Origin: Lama glama
Taxonomy: Eukaryota
Length of the DNA: 64,000 nt
NCBI GenBank assembly: GCA_028534125.1
Contig: CM052816.1
Span: forward strand, 92,630,001 to 92,694,000
Direction: 5' to 3'
Shown piece by piece: positions 52,554 through 64,000 of this stretch. The notes under the pieces were generated by a model. The model was not told where the DNA came from. It worked only from the letters and a program-made list of their open reading frames with translations, and made no database searches. The position numbers and the translations under genes were made by a program. Position 1 is the first letter of the stretch; each line of letters opens with the position of its first letter.

Positions 52554-55500
52554 TGTGGAGGGCAGTGAAGAGAGTCTCAAGCATCTTAGCTGTCTCCTGG
52601 GGTATACGTTGGGCCATTTCCACTGACTTCTGGGGAGGTGGTGGGAGAGGGAATTTGAATATAACAGGTTTAAAGAAGTTGGTTGGACAGTCCAGTGGAG
52701 AGTCAAACACTCAGGCAGAGAGAAGGATGGACAGGAGAACCTTGGTAGAGAGCTCCAAGGGCGGCAAGGAGGCCGCCCGGAGAAAAACCTACATTTCAGG
52801 TAGTTTCTCATGAAAATCTCTCACTTTCCTAATTTTAACTTGGATTAAAGGAAATGCTCCACTTCAGTGGTAACAATCACGTATCACTGCTTTCATGAAA
52901 GATAAGTCCTTCTCTTTTATGACGACAGCCAGTCTGGTCAAGAAGGAGACCTGATCCCGATGGTGCCCACTTTCTGCGGGTGGTGTGGGAAACCGGAAGC
53001 GGGGGAGGATTATTTCGGGAACATCGTTTTCAGTCAGCGTGGTGTGTTCAATGAAAGCCCCTGGGTGTAGAGGCCCAAGTGACCAGCAAGCAAGAAATTT
53101 TATTTCTCATGTTTTTGTTCCCTTGTTGTTCTAACGAACAACTCGGAGCGAAAAAAAATCATGCTTTTTAACTTCTTCAAGTACTGACCTCTACACCATC
53201 CTAGAAACAAAAAAACTGTATAACCATAAACAACTTTCAGAGAGGTTAAGGGTAAGTCCCTAAGTGGGTATTGTCTTCTAAATGTATCAACGAACTAGCA
53301 AAAAACCCACCTGTTGCCTCATTAGGGATTAGTGCGAGGAGAAGGGGGAGGTTTGGAATTGGCCTTTATTCAGAAAGACCGCAAAAGAAACACAGCCTTA
53401 AACCATCAGAGCTGGTGAGGACCTCAGGGTCACCTCGTTCCACTCTACTCAGGCCCAGGGTTGCAACATCACTGAAGACAAAGACGGATCAGAACTCGGG
53501 TCCCCTTGACACAAAGCACAGACTATGCGAAGTTCAACACGCCACCTCTTCTAAAGGCTCCAACCATAAGTGGCACTCTTACCACTGAAAGGTCCTCTCT
53601 TAAAGCTGAGTTTTAGCAAAAAAACAATTCAGTGGTGGCTGAAAGCCACTTTCCAAATTCAACTCCAACTGTACCAGGCTGGGCGGTGGAAGACTGTAGG
53701 CGACAGGCAGTGCCACGACAGTCACACGGGCAGTTTTTCAGATGCAATGAACCAGCTGTGAGCACGATGGCAGGGCCTCCTTAAGACTGATGATGGACTC
53801 TTGTCTCATTCTTAAAAAAAGGCGAATACAGTCAAAAGACTGCCACGATGCACTTCAGACACGCACCCGGCAGGAAGCGCAGATACTCCTCTGCCCAGGT
53901 TACTGACCGAGACAGTGCTATGTGTACCACCTTCCACCCCATCACCACCAACTTTGGGCACTGCTGCCTGCCCAGGGCCCTTGCACTGCTCCAGGATGCT
54001 TGCTGGGTTAGCACCTGAACCCCGGCGCTAAACTCTCAAACACTAGCACGTGTGGTGGTTCTGGCTGCGAAGAAAGAGGACAGCTGACCTACTTCCTCAG
54101 TCCAGGGTAGCACAAAAACAGGGATATTTTGACGCGGCCTTGTGGAAAGTATAAACATTCCTGATATTCCTGTTTACCTTCTGTGATGAAGACTAAGCAA
54201 GTGGAGAAAAGTGACAGCTTTCCAAGTGAGGCAGTAGGATGGGAAAATCCCTCGGATTTTCTAAGAGATTAAAGATAATTCCGTGATCCTGTATCAGCAG
54301 TCGATCAGGGATCACACACAGGGGTGTGGGGGCCAGGGCTTCTCGATCCGGTTGCATGCTGGACCCGCTGGGGCCCAGACATGAAACCTCCAGGTCCAGG
54401 CCCTGACCCCAGAGTCTGATGTGGTGGCAGGTGGCAGGAGCCATAAACCATGAGCTGAGTCCACCTTCTGCTTAATGTGCCTGCCATCTGGGCGCCACCT
54501 GTGACTGAAATGCTGTGGGGGGCAGCCAGAGAGGGACTAGGAGACGCCTGACACCAAGGCTGCCCGATGGCAGCCCCCCAAACCCGCCTTTCCCATGGAA
54601 TGGAGTTTTTTCAACCACACGGTGTTCACACTGGAGGCCAGTTTCAGCCCCAAAAGTATCTCCTTGAAGAACGAGCTGTGCAATTGTACTTCTTGTTCGC
54701 TTAGTTCCCTTCCTGCCACCTCCCGCATCAGCCAGGGGGACAAAAGCAGCCCAGTGCTCACCAAGTGCAAGTACTCCCATCGGACCGCCAATGCCAGCCA
54801 TGCTTCCGGACACCTGGGACCCGGCAGTGCTCTCGGGGACTACGGAGCCCCTCCTGGCTGACCTGGGGACTTAAGACTCACAGCCACGCTTCAATTCTTA
54901 AGTATCTTATCATTCACAATCAAACAAACAGACATTTCCCCTCAACAGGCATGTCTCTTCCATTTGAAATGTATGGAAATTTAAGTTGCTTGGACTGGGG
55001 AGTTGTGCAGAACTTGAGGCATTAAGGCTGAGAAAATTTTGGAAGCAGAGATTAGTAAACATGTTCATTCCTCCTCCTGGAAGGACAGAGCAGTGAAAAC
55101 CACAGGTGCTCAAGAGCCAGTCTTCAGAGATCAACGGCAAGTGACCGGGGACAGACGATGATGGCCGTTCCCTAACGCTTGGGAGTTCTGAGGTGGGTGA
55201 GAGGCGAGACCGCACTTGTGTGACTCTGGAAGAGGAGGTCCAGTGCTGCGGCACAAGGAGCCGCACCTTCTCCTCTCTGCATATCCTTCCAGCCCAGCAC
55301 GGCTCTCAAAGTGGACTGGGCTCAGAATGAGACACTGGGTCAGCAGACACCCGTGAGTAACCAGCACCCATGGCCCAGTACACGCCAGTATGTGAACAAT
55401 CCAACATGCTCACTCCTTTTCACACTGGAGCAAGAAGGGGGGCCGTGGGGCCAAGTGGATCCCTGCTTCCCCGGGTGGCACCAGTCTCTCAGCCTGCAGC

Positions 55501-56899
55501 TGCTGCGTCTTGTTTCTGATCCTAGTCCCTTGTTGGACCAACTACCTGGCGAAGGCTCCCCTCCTGGACGGAGCCCCAGGTCACTGCCTGATTTCCTGGA
55601 CTGGAACCCGGACAGAAGGCTCTGGCAGAGGCTTCTCAGAGAGCCCAAAGGAGGGTTTTCCCTTCCCCTGTCCACCGCCTGAGTCCTAACACTGCAAGGG
55701 AACAGAGAGTTTCAAGAGTTTCCTTGCATTAGAGGAAAAATTAAAATTCAGGAAAGAGGGGAAAAATGGATAAGGTTCTGAGCCCCTGTCTATGCACCAA
55801 TAGTTCACAACAGGTTTTACTCAACAAAGAAACACCTTCTCAGTAAAGTGGAGGGTCTTTGAGGGGCAGGAGTAACCTCTCAGGTGCTAGAATGTCACAG
55901 AATATCAGAGCGAAAAGGCTCAGGGAACAAAATGGAACTTACATTTAAAGCAAGCACAAACCTGACTTCCACAGGCAGTTTTCAGGACAAAGTCAAGTGT
56001 GATAAATACATAGTTCTTTCCTCTCAGCCAGCCTGCAATTGTGAACACCAGGAAGTAAAGAACACGCCATGGGAAAGGCACAAGTGAAAAGCAATCTTTC
56101 AGGACAAATGTTATTTGTAGCTTAAGTTCACCAGGGCTCCTCTGTATATAATAGATGAACTTGAAAAAAAAAAGCTGTACTTTATTTTCAACTCAGGTTC
56201 AAGGACTTGAATATATCATGCAATGAGGAAACACCCTGGCAATGGGTGAACAGGCAGCCCAGCAAGACCTCCACCTGAACGCGAGTGCTCGGCAGGGCTG
56301 GTCCAGCGAAGCTCTGAACTCCGGGCAGCTTTGCCAGCAACGAAGGCAGATGCCTTGGCTTTGGGCCAAAATCTGCAAATTCCGCGCCTTTCTCTTTGGA
56401 TCCCTGGAGAAACCATAGCCTAATTCTTGCATTTGCTTCCTGAGGTGACATTAAAGTCACACGCGGGCCCCGAGGGACCCAGAACACGGCTGGGCCTGTG
56501 ATCACCGAGGTGAGCCCCTCAGTGCTGTGCCCTGTGCAGCATTACTGAGCTCAACACGATGATTAACCCTCAGCGGCCAGAGGACAGTCGCCAGGATGTG
56601 CCAGGATGAACATAAAGAGGGCACAGACAACTGGTGGGAGCCACCAGCATGCTCCAAAATTAACTGGAACGAACTGGAGAGGGACAGAGTATAGTGACAT
56701 TCTCTCAGGGGGGGCAGACCAACTGCACACCCCCAAATCTGGAAGAATCACCATTGTCGGTACTGTAGAAAAACAAAGACTGTGAAGTGACGTTGTTCAA
56801 AACATACGAACTCTACTTGGTCTGCATTTTACTAGAAGCTACAGACCGATGTTTCTTAAAGCCTCAAAGTTAGCTTCTCACTAAGACGAAAGATTAAAC

Positions 56900-57200
56900 C
56901 AGTGATGTTCAGTAGATACATAGTGTAAGCTGCACATATAATTTTAAATTTTCTTGTAGCCACAATGTAAGTAGTTAAAAGAAGTGAAATTGATTCAAAC
57001 AATACATTTTACTTAACCCACCCTATAAAACACATTATCATTTCAGCATGAAATGACTCTAAAATAATCACACATTTTTGGGGTCATACTAGGTCTTGCA
57101 ATCCAGCGTTTATTTTGCACCTGCAGAACATCTCCATTCAGACCGGCCCTGTTTTAAGTGCTCAACAGCCATGTTAGTCCAGCAGCTACCATGCCGGACG
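56900..57200. mobile_element. MER33/MER3-like hAT-Charlie MITE
   Basis: tataattttaaattttcttgtagccaca ... aagtgctcaacagccatg...gctacc. Confidence 0.7.
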
Positions 57201-57869
57201 TTCGGGGTAACCAGACTCTCCTACCTCACTAGGAGCCCATTACCGCCCCATCCAGACAACGTGGAAAAGTAAACTTGCTACAGTTACCTTTCTCTAAAGG
57301 AGTCCCCCAAGGCCATTTTACTCAAACGCTCTGTTGCTTCTTTCAGAAGCCACCTCTCTTGTCACAGCCACAGACCCCTGACACCGAGCCCTGCCTGACT
57401 CGGTCAGCCTCTCTCTGGGGGGCCCAGCTGCGTTCCCTCTCCAGGCAGGGAACTTGGGGAGCCTTGGATGTGCTGGGATACGTTACAAAGCTGTAAAGAT
57501 GACATGGTTAAACTCTCAGGGGCCATGTGCTTGACAGTCCAGGACTTGACACTAGCAGAATGAAGAACCCACAATGTGAAAACCTGACACTGCCCCCAAG
57601 AACAGCCCCCTCCTCCTTTTCTAACCTGATACCTCACTACACAGCTGGGAAACGGGGCGATGGTTCATTATTTCTGAGCCACAGGTGAGGCCCTCATTTC
57701 CGCTTCAGTCCCTGATGGACGACAACGGCCCAGACACAGTGACAAGATTAGGGCCCAAGCGATAAAGAGGGATCACGCCTACTGCAAGGCTGCAAAGAAG
57801 CGGGGACAGAAGCAGCAGCGTCGTTTCCAGGGGGAACGTCATTTCCACCCTCGGCCCGCGAGCCCCTAC

Positions 57870-58113
57870 CTTTGTGGTTGAAGATGCCTTCCATCTCCAT
57901 GCTGCTTCTAGAGTGGGCGATGCACAGGGAGCCGCAGGGGACCAGGCCTTCGGCGGCGGGGGACCGGTCGGTGGTCCGCACCAGACACCAGTCGGGCTTG
58001 TCGTGGGGCCGCTCCAAAACCTCCACGGTCTGCCCGCGGCGGATGGTCAGCTCGGTGCTGTTGCAGGCCGTGAAGTCGTGGATGACCACCGTCAGCTCGC
58101 AGCCGCCGGAGAG
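57870..58113 (-). CDS. TRIO: TRIO exon (~34), first SH3 domain: LSGGCELTVVIHDF...MEGIFNHK
   Basis: ccgcag|CTC acceptor, AAAG|gtaggg donor; 244 nt, phase 0 to 1; SH3 motifs (DF..., DWC, EGLVP). Confidence 0.97.
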
Positions 58114-58433
58114 CTGCGGAGGGAGAGGGCACAGGTCAGCGAGCCCAGCCACTGGCCTTCAGCAGGGGAGGCCTCGGACTGCACCAGGAACTCTGTTTCC
58201 ACTCCACACGGGTCAAAGCCTTGCGCACCAGCTGGGCGAATCTCTCCGGTCTCAGTCCCGTAATTCATGTCCCTTTGGAATCACACGAATAGTTACTTAC
58301 TTTTTCACGTTCTAACGTATAATTATGATTTTCTGAGTTTTACACTAGCAGAATCTGATGTCTTTTCATGTAAGTGGCCAAATCTTTTTGTGCCTCAGAC
58401 ATAGTTATCTCCCTTCTCACAAAGTGCTATACA

Positions 58434-58770
58434 CAGGTGACCCTTGAACACCACAGGGGTTGGGGCGCTGACCTCCTGCACGGTCAGAAACCTGTGTGCA
58501 ACTTCTGACTTCCCCCAGACTTGACCACTAGTAGCTCAGTGTTGACCAGAGGTCTCACCAATAGCATGAACAGTTGATTGACACATATTTTGTATGTCAT
58601 CTGTATTATGTCCTATATTCTTACAATACAGTAAGCTACAGAACAGAAAACGTTATTAAGATCATAAGGAAGAGAAACTACATCGACAGTATATGTACGT
58701 ATTTACTGAAATAAATGCACATGTAAGTGGACTCGCACAGTTCAAACCTGTGTTGTTCAAAGGTCAACGG
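58434..58770. mobile_element. Tigger2-family (MER28-like) MITE
   Basis: TIRs caggtgacccttgaacacca ... tgttgttcaaaggtcaacgg followed by TA. Confidence 0.85.
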
Positions 58771-61700
58771 TATTCATTTCTAAACTTACTGTAAACGAGT
58801 AAAAGCTCTACTTCAAGGCCCTTTGGGAGATTATTGTGAAATATGGTGATAGAATGAAACAGGGTTCTGTTGGTAATGGGCAGTGTGAGCCACAGGCACG
58901 TGGGCTCCTCAGTGCGGCCTGGGTCAGGAGGGAGCGGCCACAGGGGGCCAGGACCCCGAAACTCGGGCAGAGCACGCCCTTCTGTCTCCAAAACCCTCCC
59001 CACCCCCAGGATGCTTCTTAGTGTGCCAGTCTGGCTCTCAGCCACTGACCCCGGCCCCGCCACGTGCCACGTGCCTTCCAGCCTGAGAGTCCCTTCCCTT
59101 CTTCCCTCGCCTGTTCTCTCCTCTAAGCTCACTCCCGTTTCCATCAGAACCCTTCTAAGGCGCAGGCCCTTTGAAGCACATCCAAAAAGAACATCACCTC
59201 CATGATCTGCTTGTAAGCAAGCGCGTGGCCTCCTCGTGACCGTCTGCCATCCACGACCTGTGCCCTGTGCGTCTTCCCTGAGACTCCTTGGGGACAGCTC
59301 ATGTATATGCTCCTTACTATCCCTCTTACGTAAGAATCCCTTGACCAGCTCCCTGCCTGTGGGCCGTCCCCTCTGGCCCTTCAACACGGGCAGCCCCAGG
59401 CTCAGTCTCTCCTATCTGTCCACGATCCCTGACGTGGGCTCCAAAGCCGTGCCCTCCATGCTGGGGACTTCCAGGCAGGCATCCCAGCTTGCTGTTTCCC
59501 TGCCCCTTCAAAGCAGTGAGTCTAGGACACGGCTCATTATCCGCCCCTGTTGCTCCCCCTTCCGCCACCACACACACATCTGTTTCTCTTCCGGTGTTGC
59601 CTTTCAGGTGATGGTGTCACAATCTCCCCATTTTTCACCCTCCAAATACTGCCAGATGGAAGTTAGGGCATCTTTCTGATTCCGTCCTTGCTCTGCACAC
59701 CCACAGTGGTCATATCATTTGGATTTTTGCAGTGATCTCCGGAGTGGCCCGCCTGACCCAGGCCCTCCCCCAAAACCCCCTAAGCACCGCTGCCAGAGAC
59801 CTTTTCAAAATGTGGCTCCTCCAGTGCAAACATGCCTCCTCCTATTCTGGAGCCTTAGACACAAATAAATTCCTCAGCCCAGGATTCAAACTGCCCACGA
59901 CCGGGGCCCAGTCCACCTTCCCAGCCACGTTCAGCTTCTTCTCAGGTGCCTCACGGCCTGAAGTGGCCGTGTCCTCCTCTGAGGCGGGTCCTGCATGCCT
60001 TGTGTCCACGCCACCTTTCTGCTCAGAGCCCCCACCTCCCCAGTTTGTCTAGTATAAGCCCCCGCCAAACCCCTCTGAGAAGCCACTCCTGTATCCACCA
60101 CCCTTAGCACTTGGTTAAATCATGTCTCAATTGTGACATGAGCCGCGTCTTGGGTTTTACATGTGTCTGCACTCGGCATCAGAAAGCAAGTGTGTGTCAT
60201 TCTTCTGTGAGGGTCTCAGTCACTGCTGAGCCCCCAGCACCGACAAGGGCCGGCGCATGGCTTGGATGAGGAAGCTGTCGGAGAACAGAGCCTTCCCTAA
60301 CGCTGCCTCATGTGATGCTTTGTGTCCAGCAAGTGGTCAAACATGTGCTGAAGTGAAAAAGGTAAAAACACGTTTGCTCTAAAAATGAAGGCACTGTTTG
60401 AAAATGAAGATGAAACATGGGCTTTTCCTCTGGGACTCCGGGAGCTGTCCCTGCCTGTGTTCAGTATGTGACGCGCCCAGCTTTCTGTTGGCCTTTGGGC
60501 ATCAGCACAGAGACCACACAAGAGCAGAAGATGGACACTGGGCTGCGGGAGGAAGGGGCAGCCAGGCCAGGCCTCCTGCTGGGTGGGAAACATCCTCAGT
60601 CCAAAGAGGCCGCTGGGCCCCACCCCTGGCCAGGCCCTGGGAGCCGTGCCCCCTGCACGGGCTTGTGGCCCTGCGGCGTCCTCGGCCACTCGCCTGTGCT
60701 GAGGCTGTCGGCCGCCCCGTTATGCTCCCTGCTCTCCACTGCCCTCTGGTTCTAACAGCCTGTCTTTCCAGAGAAAGTTCAGATATTTAGAATAAGAAAC
60801 ACATGTCCACCAGACAACCACAGAAAGCAAAACAAAACTTTTCCATAATGAAGCACAAATATTGACAAAAGGAATTGTGTCTGCTAGGCCACAAAGGACA
60901 TTTTCCACAAATGATTAATCCCCTTCTAGAGGTTACAAATTTCTCTGTAGAAAAAAACCAAGCTGAATCTCACATATTCCTCTGTGAACAAGTGAAGAGA
61001 AGATGCTAACGTTAAAAGGTTAAAGGCAGAGGCCCAGTCTAGGGAAGAACTTTCCTCATAAAACCCTATGTGGTGGAAGTGGTTAATCCCTGTAACGAAA
61101 AGGAGGAATGTTTCCCATCCCAGGGAGAGTGTGGCCTGTGAACAAGCCCCAGTGAGGAGTCCAGCCTGCTGAGGCCCCGCAGGCCCACACTCCCCATGGA
61201 CTCTGCCCCCAGCCAGAGCTTTCCCAGGACGGCCAGTCGTCCACTGGCCCTGCTTGTGCATGTGGCCCCAGCGTGTCCCCACCCCGGCCCCGGGAAGTTC
61301 AACTTCAAGACACACCACCTCATCGCCAGCCTGTGCCGGCTGCTGCCTCTAGAGATCTGTGAATTTTTCAGGCCGCCCAAAGCCACGTGGTGTGTCCTGT
61401 GGGTGGGGGAAGGGTGGGAAGGAGAAGGGGGCTGCTGAGAGGAATGAAGCTAGACTTCCCTCCTGGCACTGAGTTTTAGCCCCTCACAGTCATCAAAACT
61501 ATTGGAAACATCTGTGCACTTGACAGAGCCTGAGAAAGAAAAATCAAGCCTGTTCTGACAAAGAATTGCAGACTGAGTCAAAATTCTTTTTCAAAAGCTT
61601 TAGGGAACTTAGTAACAGACTCTAGTACCAGAAGAATCTGTTTCCTCACAGTGCTAGAATTACTATTTTTAAAAAAATCCTATCTTCTTGGCTTTACTCC

Positions 61701-64000
61701 TGAAAATCAACTGACTTTTCCCATAAGAATCTCCACACAAATCCGTGCAGGGAGGATTAAGTGGACGTTTTCTAGTCCAGAGAAGAGGCAATTTGTGGAT
61801 TTCTGTCTCACCGTTCACATTTGAATATTTTAAATACGTTCCAAAGCTTGTCTTTAAAACCAGGTTTGTTAATTAAAAACAACAACAAAAACTTTTTTTC
61901 TGTATAAAAGATGAACTATTTTGAGGAAGCAACGTAAGTCATTAAAGTCTTTTGAGAATTAAACTCCTAATCAGAAAGAGTTCAGATAACATACAGCATT
62001 AAACATGTCTTACTTGCTGTCAGTGACATTTCTACCCCCAGTGGTACAATTTCATTACTAGGTTGAAAGAGTTACTATTCCATTTATCTGGTTTAAAATT
62101 TTACTTTTTCTTTCCAACCACACTTTGTGACAATTTTCAGCGTCTTTTTCATGCCTATGTGTTTTCCGGTCTTCTGTTGTGGGCTCCTTACCACACACAT
62201 TCAGTTCAGGACTGCAATTCATGAAAAATCTCAATTTCCATGACTCACATTAACTCGTGTGACAGTCTCATCAAAGATAGTTCTTTTTTTTCCCCAACTC
62301 TCTTGTCACCTTAAAAAATTAAAGGTGGGGACTAAACAGCATGACAGTAAAATGGCCTTAACTGGAGCGTGGACCATGGATTCCACAATGAAATGCCTCC
62401 TCCATGACCACCCATCTCCCCCTGAAAGGGCTGCAGGGAACTCCAATGACCCAGACGCACAGACAGCAGAATCAAACCAGAGTCCCTTTGCCTGAACTCT
62501 CTCCAGAATGGCTGAAAATGAGTAAGTTGCTGTGTTTCATCTAAAAGAATGAAATACTCATCTCTGATCAAAGGCATGTGAACCTTCAACAATGTCCAAA
62601 GAACAGAATTTCACTTTTTTCTGGAGAAACCATGTTATATTGATTTGATTTGCCTGAGCCCAGTTAAGGGCAGTAAGCGAAGCAGACCACGGCCGGGGAC
62701 GTCTCCCTGTTGCTCTGGCGTCTCCTCCCTGGTGCCCTGTGATGAGGCACGTCTACATTACAAGAACAGATAGTTCTTGAGAGACAAGAGCAGACACCTG
62801 GTTTGAAGGACCGGCCCCTAGAGGAGCCCTGGGGCAGGTTCTGCCAGAGGAACAGGGGCTCTTTACGACTGGCTCGGTGGAGGATGTCTTCCTCCCTGCA
62901 CAGGATTCTGCTTTGAGAACCTAAGATCGATTGCAGGTGGGTGTCTGGTCAATTCTCTGAGAGCACTTCCAAGGAGACGGGGATGTGGTCGAACAAAAGC
63001 CACCTCCCCCTGAAGAACCTTCTACAGCCCAGGACAGCGCGGGCGCTCAGAGACCTCACAAGGGGGGCTTGCGGTTTTCTGGAGGCTTCACACAGAGCAG
63101 ACCACAGAGTGGTTCCTCGGTTAAAGGGGATTAGAAAGTACAGCTCTGCTGGCGGCCGTGGTTACGAGAGCAAGGCGACCACTGGCAGCTGGAACAGATC
63201 CCCGGCGACACGCGTTACCCCGGCTGCTCACCCGCCCAGGCTTCTCCCGGGGCAGCTTCGCGGAGGCCGGGGGCTTGCGCCTCTCAGCAGCCGACCTAAC
63301 ACCTAAGGCCGTGACCACCAGGCCCCCTGCTCACCCCAACTCCGAGGCCAAGTTCACGGGAGAAGTCGTCACCAGAACCTGCTGCGCGGTTTCCGAGAGG
63401 ACCAGTGGGGAGGCTGTCACACATCGGGGGTGGGAAAGGAATCCGCGAGAACCGAAAACGCTTCAGATGGCAACAATTCTGTTTCTTACCACCCTCCCTC
63501 AAGAAAAAGAAAAAAGAAAATAGGAAAATAAATAAATAAAAAGAAGTCTGCGACAACGTGAGAAAAAGCTCTTTCAAAAGCAGCAGGTTACCATATCCAA
63601 CATTTTATCCAGGAAAGAAAGACTGAGCACAATGTTCAGGGAGGTCAATCCTCACTCTTCTCTAATGTGGTCACATCCTGATTTTGACATGGAAATAACT
63701 CTTGGAAGCCTTCTTGCCTGTGCTACATACGAGGTGCAATGGAAAGTTAGATGTCAAGACGCTAAATTTAAAAGATGTAATTAAAAAGGCAAGCTTTCAG
63801 TGTCAGGCAAATCCAACAGAGGACAGCAGCCGGGTATCGGGCCTCCGGGCTTCCAGAAGCTGACCCGGACTGACGCGGCAATCTCCTCACTCTGAACACA
63901 TCAGAACGAGGTGTCAGACCTGGCGACCCAGCGCCGGGGGGTGAGCCGTGTGTGGATGACACACTTCGCTGGCTGACAGGCAGGAAAGGGAAGGGGAGCC

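Larger units (their letters stand above)
1..64000 (-). other. TRIO: TRIO (triple functional domain Rho GEF) gene, internal portion; the gene continues beyond both window edges
   Basis: 14 minus-strand exons splice in frame into a peptide matching recalled TRIO SH3-1/linker/DH2-PH2 sequence; neither terminus is in the window. Confidence 0.97.

Noticed and set aside
63483..63545. Pyrimidine tract + GAG + 8 nt + gtaaga as a microexon
   Set aside because: Weak GAG acceptor and frame-shifting length; it looks like a decayed poly-A or SINE tail.
1..64000. CRISPR arrays, rRNA/tRNA genes, operons or other prokaryotic systems
   Set aside because: The sequence is a spliced mammalian gene with SINE/LINE/LTR repeats; no repeat-spacer arrays or structural RNA genes were seen.

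Overview
This is mammalian genomic DNA, most likely camelid, judged from the tRNA-derived SINE and the L1 3' UTR style. The whole window lies inside the TRIO gene on the minus strand. I mapped 14 constitutive coding exons by hand (about human exons 34-47, numbering from memory). All have AG/GT boundaries and matching phases, and they encode SH3-1, the linker and the RhoA-specific DH2-PH2 GEF module. Two further coding exons sit in the introns: (i) a CpG-rich candidate internal first exon (39436-39550) with a strong Kozak ATG and a phase-1 donor that joins exon 35 in frame (Trio/Duet-type isoform); (ii) the 19-codon Trio8/Solo-type terminal exon (18589-18648). Other observations are a candidate 144-nt in-frame cassette exon, a perfect 33-bp-arm hairpin, an exon junction that regenerates a consensus 5' splice site, an L1 abutting a 3' splice site, and a young 5'-truncated L1 with a 13-bp TSD and an assembly gap. 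The rest is ordinary intron with ancient repeats. Most ORFs in the supplied track are spurious. No prokaryote-type system or wholly new gene is supported. Repeat family names come from recalled consensus motifs, not from a search.
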